Below are positions 31,421 to 42,710 of a DNA stretch of 64,000 bases, one piece after another. The position numbers and the translations under genes are program-made. The notes under the pieces are model-generated. The model was not told where the DNA came from and ran no database searches. It was given only the letters and a program-made list of their open reading frames with translations. This stretch comes from Halarcobacter sp. GTDB lineage: Bacteria; Campylobacterota; Campylobacteria; Campylobacterales; Arcobacteraceae. The first letter of the stretch is position 1. Every line of letters begins with the position of its first letter. Location: NCBI GenBank assembly GCA_963676565.1, contig OY781089.1, positions 1,824,001 to 1,888,000 of the forward strand. Reading direction: 5' to 3'.

Positions 31421-31627
31421 TCCATTTTTCCAAGCAAGAAGGAATTTTTTATAAAATTTTTGTGTTTTATAAAGAGTTGGGAAGAACCTAAAAAAACAAT
31501 TATAAACTAAGCAGATGTCTAGTTTGTCTTTGTTTGGTTCCAAAGGTTTTCATATGAAAATCTTAGTTACGGCAAAAAAACAAAGAATTTTGTTTTTTTA
31601 TGCAGTTCTCCCCTGTTGGATAGTGGG
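31421..31627 (+). ncRNA. Candidate structured 5' leader RNA of the rpmJ/alpha operon
   Basis: Complementary ends enclosing four internal hairpins with G-U pairs; no ORF. Confidence 0.5.
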
Positions 31628-31651
31628 TAAAAACACAAAAAGGACAGACTG

Positions 31652-31765
31652 ATGAAAGTAAGAGCTTCAGTAAAGAAAATGTGTGATAAATGTAAAGTTA
31701 TCAAAAGAAAAGGTATCGTAAGAGTAATCTGCGAAAACAAAAAACATAAACAGAGACAAGGATAA
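31652..31765 (+). CDS. rpmJ: 50S ribosomal protein L36 (absent from ORF track)
   Basis: Read from sequence: [37 protein letters not shown]. Confidence 0.97.
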   Translation: MKVRASVKKMCDKCKVIKRKGIVRVICENKKHKQRQG

Positions 31766-31767
31766 TC

Positions 31768-32130
31768 ATGGCAAGAATTGCAGGTGTTGATTTACCAAAT
31801 AAAAAAAGAATGGAATACGCTTTAACGTATATCTACGGAATTGGTTTACATAACTCTAGATTAATCTTAGATGCTGTTGGAATTGATTACAACAAAAGAG
31901 CACACGAATTAACAGAAGATGAAGCGGCAGCTATCAGAAAAGAAATCCAAGAAAACTACATGGTAGAAGGGGATTTAAGAAAAAAAGTTGCTATGGATAT
32001 TAAAGCACTTATGGATTTAGGTTCATACAGAGGTTTAAGACACAGAAAAGGTTTACCTTGTAGAGGGCAAAAGACTAAAACTAATGCCAGAACTAGAAAA
32101 GGTAAAAAAAGAACTGTTGGTGCAGCATAA
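31768..32130 (+). CDS. rpsM: 30S ribosomal protein S13
   Basis: [24 protein letters not shown]. Confidence 0.98.
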   Translation: MARIAGVDLPNKKRMEYALTYIYGIGLHNSRLILDAVGIDYNKRAHELTEDEAAAIRKEIQENYMVEGDLRKKVAMDIKALMDLGSYRGLRHRKGLPCRGQKTKTNARTRKGKKRTVGAA

Positions 32131-32142
32131 TAAGGATAACGT

Positions 32143-32535
32143 ATGGCAAAAAGAAAAGTAACTAGAAAAAAAATAGTAAAAAAGAATATTGCTGACGGTA
32201 TTGTACATATTGCAGCAACGTTTAATAACACAATGGTAACAGTAACTGACAATGCAGGTAATGCAATCGCATGGTCAAGTGCTGGAAACTTAGGATTTAA
32301 AGGTTCTAAAAAATCTACTCCATTCGCAGCTCAAGCAGCAGTTGAAGATGCAGTAACTAAAGCAAAAGAACATGGAATTAAAAATGTTGGTATTAAAATC
32401 CAAGGTCCAGGTTCAGGTAGAGATACAGCAGTTAAATCTGTTGGAGCTATAGAAGGTATTTCTGTTAGATGGTTTAAGGATGTAACACCTTTACCACATA
32501 ACGGTTGTAGACCTCCTAAAAGAAGAAGAGTGTAA
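32143..32535 (+). CDS. rpsK: 30S ribosomal protein S11
   Basis: [26 protein letters not shown]. Confidence 0.98.
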   Translation: MAKRKVTRKKIVKKNIADGIVHIAATFNNTMVTVTDNAGNAIAWSSAGNLGFKGSKKSTPFAAQAAVEDAVTKAKEHGIKNVGIKIQGPGSGRDTAVKSVGAIEGISVRWFKDVTPLPHNGCRPPKRRRV

Positions 32536-32545
32536 GGAGTAGTTA

Positions 32546-33172
32546 ATGGCAAGATATAGAGGACCAAGAGAAAAGATTGAAAGAAGATTAGACGCAGACC
32601 TTGGATTAAAAGGTGAAAGAAGACTTAACGGAAAATCTGCACTAGAAAAAAGACCATTCGCTCCAGGACAACATGGACAAAGAAGAACTAAGATTTCTGA
32701 ATATGGTTTACAATTAAGAGAAAAGCAAAAAGCTAAATATATGTATGGTGTTTCTGAGAAACAATTTAGAAAATACTTTAAAGAAGCTGTAAGAAGAGAT
32801 GGTAATACAGGGGCAAACCTTATTACTTTAATCGAACAAAGATTAGATAACGTTGTTTATAGAATGGGATTTGCTACAACTAGAGCAAACGCTAGACAAT
32901 TTACAACACATGGACACGTTTTAGTAGATGGTAAGAAAGTTGATATTCCTTCTTATGTTGTTAAACCAGGTCAAAAAATTGAAATTAAAGAAAAATCTAA
33001 ATCTAACCCACAAGTTGTAAGATCACTTGAATTAACTAACCAAACTGGTATGGTTGAATGGGTTGACGTAGATAAAGATAAAGTATTCGGAATTTTTACA
33101 AGAATCCCAACTAGAGAAGAAGTTGTTATTCCTGTTGAAGAAAGATTAATCGTAGAGTTATATTCTAAATAA
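32546..33172 (+). CDS. rpsD: 30S ribosomal protein S4
   Basis: [22 protein letters not shown]. Confidence 0.98.
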   Translation: MARYRGPREKIERRLDADLGLKGERRLNGKSALEKRPFAPGQHGQRRTKISEYGLQLREKQKAKYMYGVSEKQFRKYFKEAVRRDGNTGANLITLIEQRLDNVVYRMGFATTRANARQFTTHGHVLVDGKKVDIPSYVVKPGQKIEIKEKSKSNPQVVRSLELTNQTGMVEWVDVDKDKVFGIFTRIPTREEVVIPVEERLIVELYSK

Positions 33173-33191
33173 TAAATAAAGGTAGCAGCGT

Positions 33192-34190
33192 ATGAAAAAA
33201 TTTGCAGACACTCCATTTTTACCAACAGAAGTTGAAATCGAAGCGATCAGTGATAACGAAGCTAAGATTTCTGCATACCCATTTGAAAGTGGTTTTGCAA
33301 TTACATTAGCGCATCCTTTAAGAAGATTACTACTATCTAGCTCGGTTGGATATGCTCCAATCGCAGTTAAGATTGAAGGTGCTTCTCACGAATTTGATTC
33401 GTTAAGAGGGATGCTAGAAGATATTGCTATTTTTATTATTAATCTTAAGAACATAAAATTTAAAATTAATGGTGATGAAGATCAAGTTGTTGTTGAATAC
33501 TCTTTTGATGGTCCAAAAGAGATTAAAGGTGAAGATTTAGTAAACTCTGATGTTGAAGTAGTTTCTCCAGATGTTCACTTAGCTACAATTAACAGTGACT
33601 GTAACTTAACATTTTCTGTAATTATTCAAAGAGGTATTGGTTATATGCCATCTGAAGATATCAGAGAAATGATTAGTTCAGATTTCATTCCACTAGATGC
33701 TTTCTTTACACCAGTAAAAAAAGTAGTTTACGATATCGAAAAAATGTTAGTTGAAGATAACCCTAACTTTGAAAAAGCTGTATTTAACGTACAAACAAAT
33801 GGACAAATTACTCCAATTGCTGCATTTAAAGAAGCAGTATCTGTTATGTATTCACAAATGTCAGTATTTAACAAAGTATTTGATTTATCTGAAGTAACAG
33901 TTAGTGATGCAGGTGAAGAGCCAGTAGAACTAAAAGATTTAATTGTAAAAATTGATGATTTAAATCTAAGTGCTAGAAGTTTCAACTCTTTAGATAGAGC
34001 TGGACTTAAATTCCTAGGCGAATTAGTACTTATGAGCGAAGTAGAAGTTAAAAACATTAAAAATTTAGGAAAGAAATCATTTGATGAAATCCAAGAGAAA
34101 TTAGAGTCTTTAGGTTTCCCAATTGAAAATACTCTTCCTGAAAATGTTGCATCAGCTTTAAGAAGAAAATTAGAGCAACTAAAAGCATAA
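33192..34190 (+). CDS. rpoA: RNA polymerase alpha subunit
   Basis: PFESGFAITLAHPLRRLLLSS, LSARSFNSL, NLGKKS. Confidence 0.97.
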   Translation: MKKFADTPFLPTEVEIEAISDNEAKISAYPFESGFAITLAHPLRRLLLSSSVGYAPIAVKIEGASHEFDSLRGMLEDIAIFIINLKNIKFKINGDEDQVVVEYSFDGPKEIKGEDLVNSDVEVVSPDVHLATINSDCNLTFSVIIQRGIGYMPSEDIREMISSDFIPLDAFFTPVKKVVYDIEKMLVEDNPNFEKAVFNVQTNGQITPIAAFKEAVSVMYSQMSVFNKVFDLSEVTVSDAGEEPVELKDLIVKIDDLNLSARSFNSLDRAGLKFLGELVLMSEVEVKNIKNLGKKSFDEIQEKLESLGFPIENTLPENVASALRRKLEQLKA

Positions 34191-34203
34191 TTAAGGGTTA
34201 AAT

Positions 34204-34554
34204 ATGAGACATAAGCACGGATATAGAAGATTAAATAGAACTTCTTCTCATAGAAAAGCATTGTTAAAAAACATGGCAATTGCTATCATTGAGAGAGAAA
34301 AAATCGAAACAACTGTTCCAAAAGCAAAAGAATTAAAAAGATATATTGAGAGATTAGTAACAACTGCAAGAAATGCAGACTTTAACACACATAGAGCTGT
34401 ATTTGCTTTATTACAAGATAAAGAAGCTACAAAAAAACTAATCAATGAAATTGCACCAAAGTATGAAGACAGAAATGGTGGATATACTTCAATTGTAAAA
34501 ACAAGAATCAGAAGAGGGGATGCTACTCCAATGGCATTCATCTCTTTCGTATAA
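34204..34554 (+). CDS. rplQ: 50S ribosomal protein L17
   Basis: [28 protein letters not shown]. Confidence 0.98.
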   Translation: MRHKHGYRRLNRTSSHRKALLKNMAIAIIEREKIETTVPKAKELKRYIERLVTTARNADFNTHRAVFALLQDKEATKKLINEIAPKYEDRNGGYTSIVKTRIRRGDATPMAFISFV

Positions 34555-34575
34555 TCTTTAGATTTTACATCTTTC

Positions 34576-34608
34576 AAAAGGGAGTAAGTTTTCTTACTCC
34601 CTTTTTTT
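34576..34608 (+). terminator. Intrinsic terminator after rplQ
   Basis: AAAAGGGAGTAAG-TTTT-CTTACTCCCTTTTTTT. Confidence 0.9.
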
Positions 34609-34715
34609 ATTACTAAAAATTACAAATTTATTTCTTAAAAGTCATTTACCAGAATTTAATCATTTTTTTTATATAATAGCGCGCAATTATTATACATAAT
34701 TCCTAGGAGAATATA

Positions 34716-36074
34716 TTGATAACTCTAAAAGAAGCACTAAAGCTAAATAGTGAAGAAATCAAGAAAATACAAGAAGATATTGCTTTAAAAGTTAAGCAAA
34801 GCAATATTGGTGCTTATGTAGAGCAGCTTAAAAATGAAGAGCTTTCAACTTCTGGTGAAGGTATTCCTATTGCAATCAAAGATATTATAAATGTAAAAAA
34901 TTGGAATATTACATGTTGTAGTAACATTTTACAAGGTTATGTAAGTGCTTATGATGCAACTGTAATCAAAAATCTAAGAACTGCAGGATTAAGTCCATTT
35001 GGTAGAGCAAATATGGATGAATTCGCCATGGGAAGTAGTACAGATACTTCATGTTATGGAAAAACTTTAAACCCTCACAATGAAAATAAAACTGCTGGTG
35101 GAAGTAGTGGTGGAAGTGCTGCTGCTGTTGCTGGTGGTATTGCTATTGCTGCATTAGGAACTGATACAGGTGGTTCAGTTAGACAACCAGCAGCATACTG
35201 CGGAGTTGTTGGTATGAAACCAACTTATGGAAGAGTTTCAAGATATGGTGTTACGGCTTATTCATCTTCTTTAGACCAAGTTGGACCTATTACTCAAAAT
35301 GTAGAAGATGCGGCGATTTTATATGATATTATTTCTGGACATGATCCAATGGATTCAACTTCTGCAAATGTAGACTATACTCCTGTTACTCCAAACTTAG
35401 ATGGTGATAAAAAACTAAAAATCGCTGTTATAGATAACTTTGTTGAGCAAGCAAGTGAACCAATCAAAAAAGGTTTTGCTAAAGCAGTAAAAGACTTAGA
35501 AGAAGCTGGTCATGAAATAGTTCATAAAGAGATGCTTGATACAGAAAAGATTGTTTCAACTTATTATATTGTTGCAACTGCTGAAGCATCTGCAAACCTT
35601 GCTAGATTTGATGGTGTTAGATTTGGTAATAGAAAAGGTAATGGTGGACTAAAAGATATGTATGTTCAAACTAAATCTCAAGGATTTGGGGATGAAGTAC
35701 AAAAAAGAATCATGCTTGGTTCTTTCGTTTTAAGTTCAGGTTATTATGATGCATACTATATTAAAGCACAAAAGGTAAGACATCTTATTAAAGATATGTA
35801 TGAAGATATTTTTAAAGATGCAGATTTAATTCTTTCACCTGTTGCGCCAACAACTGCACCAGAATTTGGAAGTTTTAAAACTTCACTTGAAATGTATCTA
35901 AGTGATATTTATACAATCTCAGTAAACTTAGCAGGACTTCCTGCAATATCTCTTCCTGTAGATAAAGATGAAGATGGTATGCCAATTGGTTTACAATTAA
36001 TAGGAAAAGCGTATGATGAACAAACTATGTTCAATGGTGCTTTAGCATTAGAAAAAGCTGTTGATTACAAATAA
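34716..36074 (+). CDS. gatA: Asp/Glu-tRNA amidotransferase subunit A
   Basis: NMDEFAMGSS, GGSSGGSAAAV, GTDTGGSVRQPA, GYYDAYY. Confidence 0.96.
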   Translation: MITLKEALKLNSEEIKKIQEDIALKVKQSNIGAYVEQLKNEELSTSGEGIPIAIKDIINVKNWNITCCSNILQGYVSAYDATVIKNLRTAGLSPFGRANMDEFAMGSSTDTSCYGKTLNPHNENKTAGGSSGGSAAAVAGGIAIAALGTDTGGSVRQPAAYCGVVGMKPTYGRVSRYGVTAYSSSLDQVGPITQNVEDAAILYDIISGHDPMDSTSANVDYTPVTPNLDGDKKLKIAVIDNFVEQASEPIKKGFAKAVKDLEEAGHEIVHKEMLDTEKIVSTYYIVATAEASANLARFDGVRFGNRKGNGGLKDMYVQTKSQGFGDEVQKRIMLGSFVLSSGYYDAYYIKAQKVRHLIKDMYEDIFKDADLILSPVAPTTAPEFGSFKTSLEMYLSDIYTISVNLAGLPAISLPVDKDEDGMPIGLQLIGKAYDEQTMFNGALALEKAVDYK

Positions 36075-36077
36075 TAA

Positions 36078-37544
<1,467 letters not shown>

Positions 37545-37545
37545 A

Positions 37546-37687
37546 AAAAGAGGTTTATAACAGCCTCTTTTTCTAAATTTCTGCGTTATCGCAGAAATTT
37601 TCTCACTCACTTACTTTAGTAAGCTCCTATCAAAAATTTTACTCTAGCCTTGAACTTTAAAAAAATAGTTTATTCTAAACTTCTTTT
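37546..37687. mobile_element. 142-bp MITE/ERIC-like palindromic element
   Basis: 36-bp terminal inverted arms (28/36 identical); minus-strand core AGGAGCTTACTAAAGTAAGTGA flanked by CAAGGC and AACGCAG. Confidence 0.6.
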
Positions 37688-37787
37688 AAAATAGTTAATT
37701 TATATATTTATGAATAATTTAGTTATTTTAAAAGTATTTAAATATTATACTAGATATACTTTTCTAAAATTATTTTGAGGAAAATTA

Positions 37788-38309
37788 ATGAACAATTTAA
37801 AATTATTATTGTTTAGCTTAGTTGTATTTGTTTTTACTGGCTGTATGTCATATCAGCCTTCCATCCCAGTTGATTATAAGGGAGATATAGCAAATATAAG
37901 GGATACTTCTATCATACATAGTAATCATAAAATTGACTTTTTCTATTTAGAAAAGATTAATGAAGATGAAATTTATAATAGCCGTTATAACACACTTGAT
38001 AAAAATTATGGTAGAGGTTTAACAATGTATCCATATTTGTTAAATCATGACGTTCCTACAAGAAAAGCAAAATTTACAATTGTAGGACGAACTGAGTATG
38101 CTGCTCCAATTTTAGCTTTAACAAATACTGTTTATGAAATAAAAGGTGTAATAGAATTTACTCCAGAAAAAAACAAACAATATGTTGTAAAAGGTTCATT
38201 AACTGAGAATGGTTCTATTGTATGGATTGAAAATGTTGATGATAATAAAATAGTTGGAAATAAAATTGAGGTTAAAGGGTCTACTGCACTTGGCTTCTTT
38301 GAAAAATAA
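37788..38309 (+). CDS. Lipoprotein of unknown function
   Basis: Signal peptide with lipobox FTGC. Confidence 0.75.
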   Translation: MNNLKLLLFSLVVFVFTGCMSYQPSIPVDYKGDIANIRDTSIIHSNHKIDFFYLEKINEDEIYNSRYNTLDKNYGRGLTMYPYLLNHDVPTRKAKFTIVGRTEYAAPILALTNTVYEIKGVIEFTPEKNKQYVVKGSLTENGSIVWIENVDDNKIVGNKIEVKGSTALGFFEK

Positions 38310-38350
38310 AGAATTGATAAGTAAAAGGGGTAAAATGAAAAATTTAAAAT

Positions 38351-38410
38351 AAAGGGGACAGGCACCTTTTCCCTTAAGTAAAAATATAGGGGTCAGGTAA
38401 TAACAATAAC
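38351..38410 (+). repeat. Two REP-like GGGG(A/T)CAGG motifs
   Basis: AAAGGGGACAGGCACCTTTT and ATAGGGGGTCAGGTAATAACAATAA; related copies at 40320 and 44063. Confidence 0.55.
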
Positions 38411-38479
38411 CATCAACAAAACTAATACTCCCTGAGTATAAAATAACACCTGAGAGAATGAATCTCCACTTTCATATTC

Positions 38480-38815
38480 TTAAAAAATAATACTCTTAGT
38501 GATTCCAAGAACTTGATTTAAAGTATCTTCATTTATTTTCTCTACAAACTTCACTTTTCTAGCATTGTAATCAATTGATTTAATTTGTTCAGTCATTATA
38601 AAGCCTGTTAGATTCTCACTTTTCACTTCAATATGAAAAGGAAAGTCTCTATTTGTATTTGTTATTGGACAAACTATTGATAAACCAAGTTTTTTATTAA
38701 AAGAAGTATTGCTAATAACTAATGCTGGTCTTCGCCCTTTTTGTTCATGTCCTGCTTGTGGATCAAAGGTGAGTATTACTAAGTCACCCTTTTCAGGAAT
38801 GTAGTTTTTTACCAT
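38480..38815 (-). CDS. mazF: MazF/PemK endoribonuclease toxin
   Basis: FDPQAGHEQKGRRPALVIS, CPIT, QIKSID. Confidence 0.93.
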   Translation of the reverse strand: MVKNYIPEKGDLVILTFDPQAGHEQKGRRPALVISNTSFNKKLGLSIVCPITNTNRDFPFHIEVKSENLTGFIMTEQIKSIDYNARKVKFVEKINEDTLNQVLGITKSIIF

Positions 38816-39054
38816 TCTTCTTTTCCAACTGTTCCTATTATTTCTTCAGATGCTTTATAGTCATTAGGTACTTTGTCTAAAAGTGATTCAAGATTATACT
38901 CAGGAATATTTTGTTTAATAGGTTCAATAACAGCTTTCCCATCCACTATTGTAATATTTACATTATCACCAATATGTAGTTGTAACCTTTCCATTACATC
39001 TTTAGGAACTCTTAAACCTTGAGAATTACCCCATTTTGATATTTTGGCAGTCAT
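38809..39054 (-). CDS. mazE: MazE/AbrB antitoxin
   Basis: KISKWGNSQGLRVP, ends GKEEW overlapping toxin start; start MTAK after AAAGGAG. Confidence 0.92.
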   Translation of the reverse strand: MTAKISKWGNSQGLRVPKDVMERLQLHIGDNVNITIVDGKAVIEPIKQNIPEYNLESLLDKVPNDYKASEEIIGTVGKEEW

Positions 39055-39257
39055 TTTAACTCCTTTATGTATATCCAAAGTATATCATTTTAGTTTTTAT
39101 ATGTCAAATTATAATTATATTATGTAGATATGAGATACCTTTTCCCTTAAGAAGATGTTTTTTAATTGCAAAATGTTTTGAAAATCTATATAATTTTTGG
39201 ATATAGAAGTTTTTTATAGAGCTTGAATTTAAATAAATATAAAAGGAATAAAAGATT

Positions 39258-39746
39258 ATGAAAATATTTAAGATTTTTATTTATAGTCTAACAATTTTTA
39301 CTATCTTTTCCTTATCCTTATTTGCAGACTCTTTAAATAAAAACAAAGAGATAGAAAAAGATAATATATCTACTAAAAACATAATTAAACTCGCAAAATC
39401 TAAACTTGGGAATCCTTATGTATACGCTAAAAGTGGACCAGATAGTTTTGACTGCTCTGGCTTTGTTTATTATATTTACAAAGAAAATAAAATAATCTTA
39501 CCAAGAACCTCTTTATCTCAATCACAAGTAGGAGAAAAAATTGCTCTTGAAGAACTTGAAAGAGGAGATTTAGTATTCTTTGATACAAGCTTAAAAGGTA
39601 AGGTAAATCATAGTGGAATATATCTAGGAAATGGAAAGTTTATTCATGCAAGCTCAGGAAAAGCAAACTCCGTGACTATTTCAGATGTATATGGGTGGTA
39701 TAAAGATAAGTTCAAATGGGGAATTAAAAAAAATACTTTAAATTAA
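39258..39746 (+). CDS. NlpC/P60 (C40) cell-wall peptidase
   Basis: Signal peptide, FDCSGFV, LPRTS, GDLVFF, HSGIY, FIHAS. Confidence 0.92.
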   Translation: MKIFKIFIYSLTIFTIFSLSLFADSLNKNKEIEKDNISTKNIIKLAKSKLGNPYVYAKSGPDSFDCSGFVYYIYKENKIILPRTSLSQSQVGEKIALEELERGDLVFFDTSLKGKVNHSGIYLGNGKFIHASSGKANSVTISDVYGWYKDKFKWGIKKNTLN

Positions 39747-39786
39747 TTAGCCACTATCTTAGTTCTTATGTTTTTTGATATAGTAT

Positions 39787-39825
39787 ATTCATGTTATATT
39801 CATATTTGATTCATGTTGAATTCAT
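39787..39825 (+). promoter_or_regulatory. Four ATTCAT direct repeats at 11-bp period
   Basis: ATTCAT at 39787, 39798, 39809, 39820, followed by TAAAAT at 39836. Confidence 0.6.
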
Positions 39826-39872
39826 AATAATAGTTTAAAATCGGTCTAAATTATTAATTTAGGAGAAGAATA

Positions 39873-40301
39873 ATGAGTAAAGGTAAAATTATTTTAGGTA
39901 TAGCTGTTGTAGCTGTCTTAATTCAGTTTATTCCTTATGGAAAGGATTATACAAATCCTCCAGTAGTAAGTGAGCCTCAATGGGATTCAATGCAAACAAA
40001 AGTGTTGTTTGATAAAGCTTGTGCAAACTGCCATTCAAATAAAACAACTTATCCATGGTATAGCAAAGTTGCACCTATTTCTTGGTTGGTTGCATTTGAC
40101 GTTGAAGAGGGTAGAGAACACTTTAATGTTTCTATGTGGGGAGCACAAAAAAAGAATAAAGGTGATGAGGCAGCAGAAGAAGTAGAAGATGGTGAAATGC
40201 CTCCTTTTTATTATCTTCCAACACATCCTGAAGCTAAACTTACTCAAGCTGAAACTCAACAACTTATTTTAGGTTTAGAAAAAACTTTTGGTAGAGAATA
40301 A
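39873..40301 (+). CDS. Haem-binding domain c-type cytochrome (Haem_bd-like)
   Basis: [25 protein letters not shown]. Confidence 0.85.
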   Translation: MSKGKIILGIAVVAVLIQFIPYGKDYTNPPVVSEPQWDSMQTKVLFDKACANCHSNKTTYPWYSKVAPISWLVAFDVEEGREHFNVSMWGAQKKNKGDEAAEEVEDGEMPPFYYLPTHPEAKLTQAETQQLILGLEKTFGRE

Positions 40302-40319
40302 AAGAATAAGAATACAGGA

Positions 40320-40340
40320 ATAGGGGTCAGGTGATAATAC
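40320..40340 (+). repeat. REP-like GGGGTCAGGTGATAA motif
   Basis: Matches the copy near 38388. Confidence 0.5.
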
Positions 40341-40449
40341 ATGGCTCCTTCTTTCCTTGTTCTTATTGAGAATATGTATACTTGAAAAATAGGCAAGAAT
40401 TAAACAGAGATAGATATAATCCTCTTTCCAAAAGTTTAAAAGCGAGGAA

Positions 40450-41061
40450 ATGATGAGATTAATATATGTAATGGATCCAATGTGTGCTTGGTGTTATGCT
40501 TTCCAACCAGAGTTAGAAGAGTTTTTAGAAAAACACCCTTCTCTTAATGTAGATTATATAATGGGTGGTTTAGCTCCTGACAATGACACTCCAATGGATG
40601 AGAATATGAAAAAAACTATCTCTTCTTATTGGGTAGAAATTGAAAAGAAAACACAAGTAACTTTTAATCATGATTATTGGAAATTAAATACTCCCTATCG
40701 TTCAACTTATCCTGCTTGTCGAGCTGTAATTACAGCAGAAACTTTAAAAAATAAAATCTCTAATGAAATGGCTAAGGCTATTCAATCAGCATATTATAAA
40801 GAAGCAAAAAATCCTTCTTTGAAAGAGACTTTAGTTAAGTGTGCAACTTCAATTGGCTTAGATGAAATACAATTTTTACAAACTTTTAACTCAATAGAGA
40901 CTGAACACAATCTTCTAGAACATTTAGATATTTCAGCTCAATTACAAGTAAGAGGTTTCCCTGCACTTTTTTATATAAAGGATAAGAATCAAGCTTATCC
41001 TTTAACATTAGGTTTTACTATAGCTTCTAACTTAGAAAAGCAGTTTAATAAAATTAAATAG
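40450..41061 (+). CDS. DsbA-family thioredoxin-fold protein
   Basis: DPMCAWCY, GGLAPD, VRGFPAL. Confidence 0.88.
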   Translation: MMRLIYVMDPMCAWCYAFQPELEEFLEKHPSLNVDYIMGGLAPDNDTPMDENMKKTISSYWVEIEKKTQVTFNHDYWKLNTPYRSTYPACRAVITAETLKNKISNEMAKAIQSAYYKEAKNPSLKETLVKCATSIGLDEIQFLQTFNSIETEHNLLEHLDISAQLQVRGFPALFYIKDKNQAYPLTLGFTIASNLEKQFNKIK

Positions 41062-41095
41062 ATATAATTCATTTTTTATCAAAAAGGAAAAGTTT

Positions 41096-41446
41096 GTGAA
41101 TGAAACTATCATTTATCCAATAATTGCAATAATGGCTTTTATAGCCTATAAAAAATATACTCAATACAAAGTATTAAAACTTGTTCCTTCTCTTCTTAAT
41201 GAAGGTGGACAAATCATTGATGTTAGAACAAAAGATGAGTTTGATTTAGCTTCTCATGATAAAAGTTTAAATATCCCATTAGAATCACTAAAAAATAGAA
41301 TGAAAGAGTTAGATAATACTAAACCTATAATTCTTTGTTGTGCAAGTGGCAGTAGAAGTGGGTTAGCAAGAAGGCTTCTTTTATCAAAAGGTTTTGAAAA
41401 TGTGCACAATGCAGGAACATGGCATTCTCTTGTGAGATTTCAATAA
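41096..41446 (+). CDS. Membrane-anchored rhodanese-domain protein
   Basis: IIDVR, NIPL, CCASGSRS. Confidence 0.88.
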   Translation: MNETIIYPIIAIMAFIAYKKYTQYKVLKLVPSLLNEGGQIIDVRTKDEFDLASHDKSLNIPLESLKNRMKELDNTKPIILCCASGSRSGLARRLLLSKGFENVHNAGTWHSLVRFQ

Positions 41447-41588
41447 AATCTTTCCACTATTTTTTTCAAAAGTATATACTTAATTATATTTACCTTTTAT
41501 TCAGGTAAAATAGTTTTTTAATTAATACTTACATATGTTTTTATACTTTCAATTGTATTTACGCATAAATATTTAAGGAATAGATTTT

Positions 41589-42167
41589 ATGAGCGAAATA
41601 CAAAACAATTCAAAAAAATTATTAGTACTTAACAAACCAAAAGGTTATGTTGTAACAAGGTCCGATGATCTTGGTCGTAAAACAGTTTATGAGCTTTTAC
41701 CCAATTGGGTTTTTGATGATGAGTGGATGCCAATAGGGCGTTTAGATTTAGAGTCTAAAGGGCTACTTTTATTTACGCAAGATGGAAAAGTTGGAAACCT
41801 TTTAACCAAACCTGGATCTTGCATTAAGGTTTATGAAATTTGGGTTAGAGGATATGTAAATGATGAACACATCTCTTTAGCTATGAAAGGAGTTGATAGT
41901 AAGTATGGATTACTAAAAGCTCTTGAGGTTGAAAAGATTGGTATGGGTGGAGCAAAAACCAAACTTAGAGTTAAAATTAATGAAGGTAAAAACAGACATA
42001 TTAGAAGACTTTTTGGAACATTAAAAGATCCAAAATTTAATACGCCATTAAAGGTTTTAAACTTAACAAGAATAAGCATAGGAAGTTTTGATTTAAATAT
42101 AGAAAGTGGAAAGTGGCGTTATCTAACCCAAGAGGAAGAGATAAATTTACTTAAAAACCTTAGATAA
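41589..42167 (+). CDS. RsuA-family rRNA pseudouridine synthase
   Basis: LNKPKGYV, IGRLDLESKGLLL, EGKNRHIRR. Confidence 0.9.
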   Translation: MSEIQNNSKKLLVLNKPKGYVVTRSDDLGRKTVYELLPNWVFDDEWMPIGRLDLESKGLLLFTQDGKVGNLLTKPGSCIKVYEIWVRGYVNDEHISLAMKGVDSKYGLLKALEVEKIGMGGAKTKLRVKINEGKNRHIRRLFGTLKDPKFNTPLKVLNLTRISIGSFDLNIESGKWRYLTQEEEINLLKNLR

Positions 42168-42209
42168 TCAAAATATCAGCTATAATGACAAAAAAACACA
42201 AGGAAATAT

Positions 42210-42638
42210 ATGCCTAAGGGTAAAAAAACTATCATCAAAGAGATTAAATTATTAGATAATAATGAAATATTAATAAATGGAAAAGAGTACGTAATACTTG
42301 AATCAACAGAAGATATTCAAACAGCAAAAACGATGAAAATCTCTTCTAATGGAAATCGAATATTAAGATTTGATGATGAAAAGAAAAAAGCTAGAATTGA
42401 TGTTAAAAGAACTATAAATATTGTGAAGGTTACATTTTCTGATAAGGAAAGAGCAAAACAATTTAGTAAAACCAATGATAAAAATTTGATTCTAAAAGAT
42501 GATAAAAAAGAGATTATAGATACTTCAAATTCAATTATCAATGTAAGAGAAAAAGTTGCTATTTTACAAGATAAAAAAAGCGAAAATTACGATAAAAGAG
42601 TAGGGGAAACTATTTTCTATTTATTAGAAGATATATAG
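42210..42638 (+). CDS. Hypothetical protein
   Basis: 142-aa ORF with AAGGA RBS and upstream TATAAT. Confidence 0.6.
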   Translation: MPKGKKTIIKEIKLLDNNEILINGKEYVILESTEDIQTAKTMKISSNGNRILRFDDEKKKARIDVKRTINIVKVTFSDKERAKQFSKTNDKNLILKDDKKEIIDTSNSIINVREKVAILQDKKSENYDKRVGETIFYLLEDI

Positions 42639-42710
42639 AATAAAGTATTATTAAAAATATTTAAATGGGAGTATTAACCCTAGATAATTAACTGTGTTAA
42701 GGATCAATAT

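Noticed and set aside
31421..31627. 6S RNA or tRNA identity for the structured leader
   Set aside because: Multibranch rather than rod-with-bubble fold, no tRNA T-loop or CCA, and no terminator before rpmJ
33728..34279. 183-aa antisense ORF over rpoA/rplQ, and other antisense or nested ORFs in the track (e.g. 31956, 34248, 47942, 30761)
   Set aside because: Shadows of well-supported genes on the other strand or frame, with no recognisable motifs
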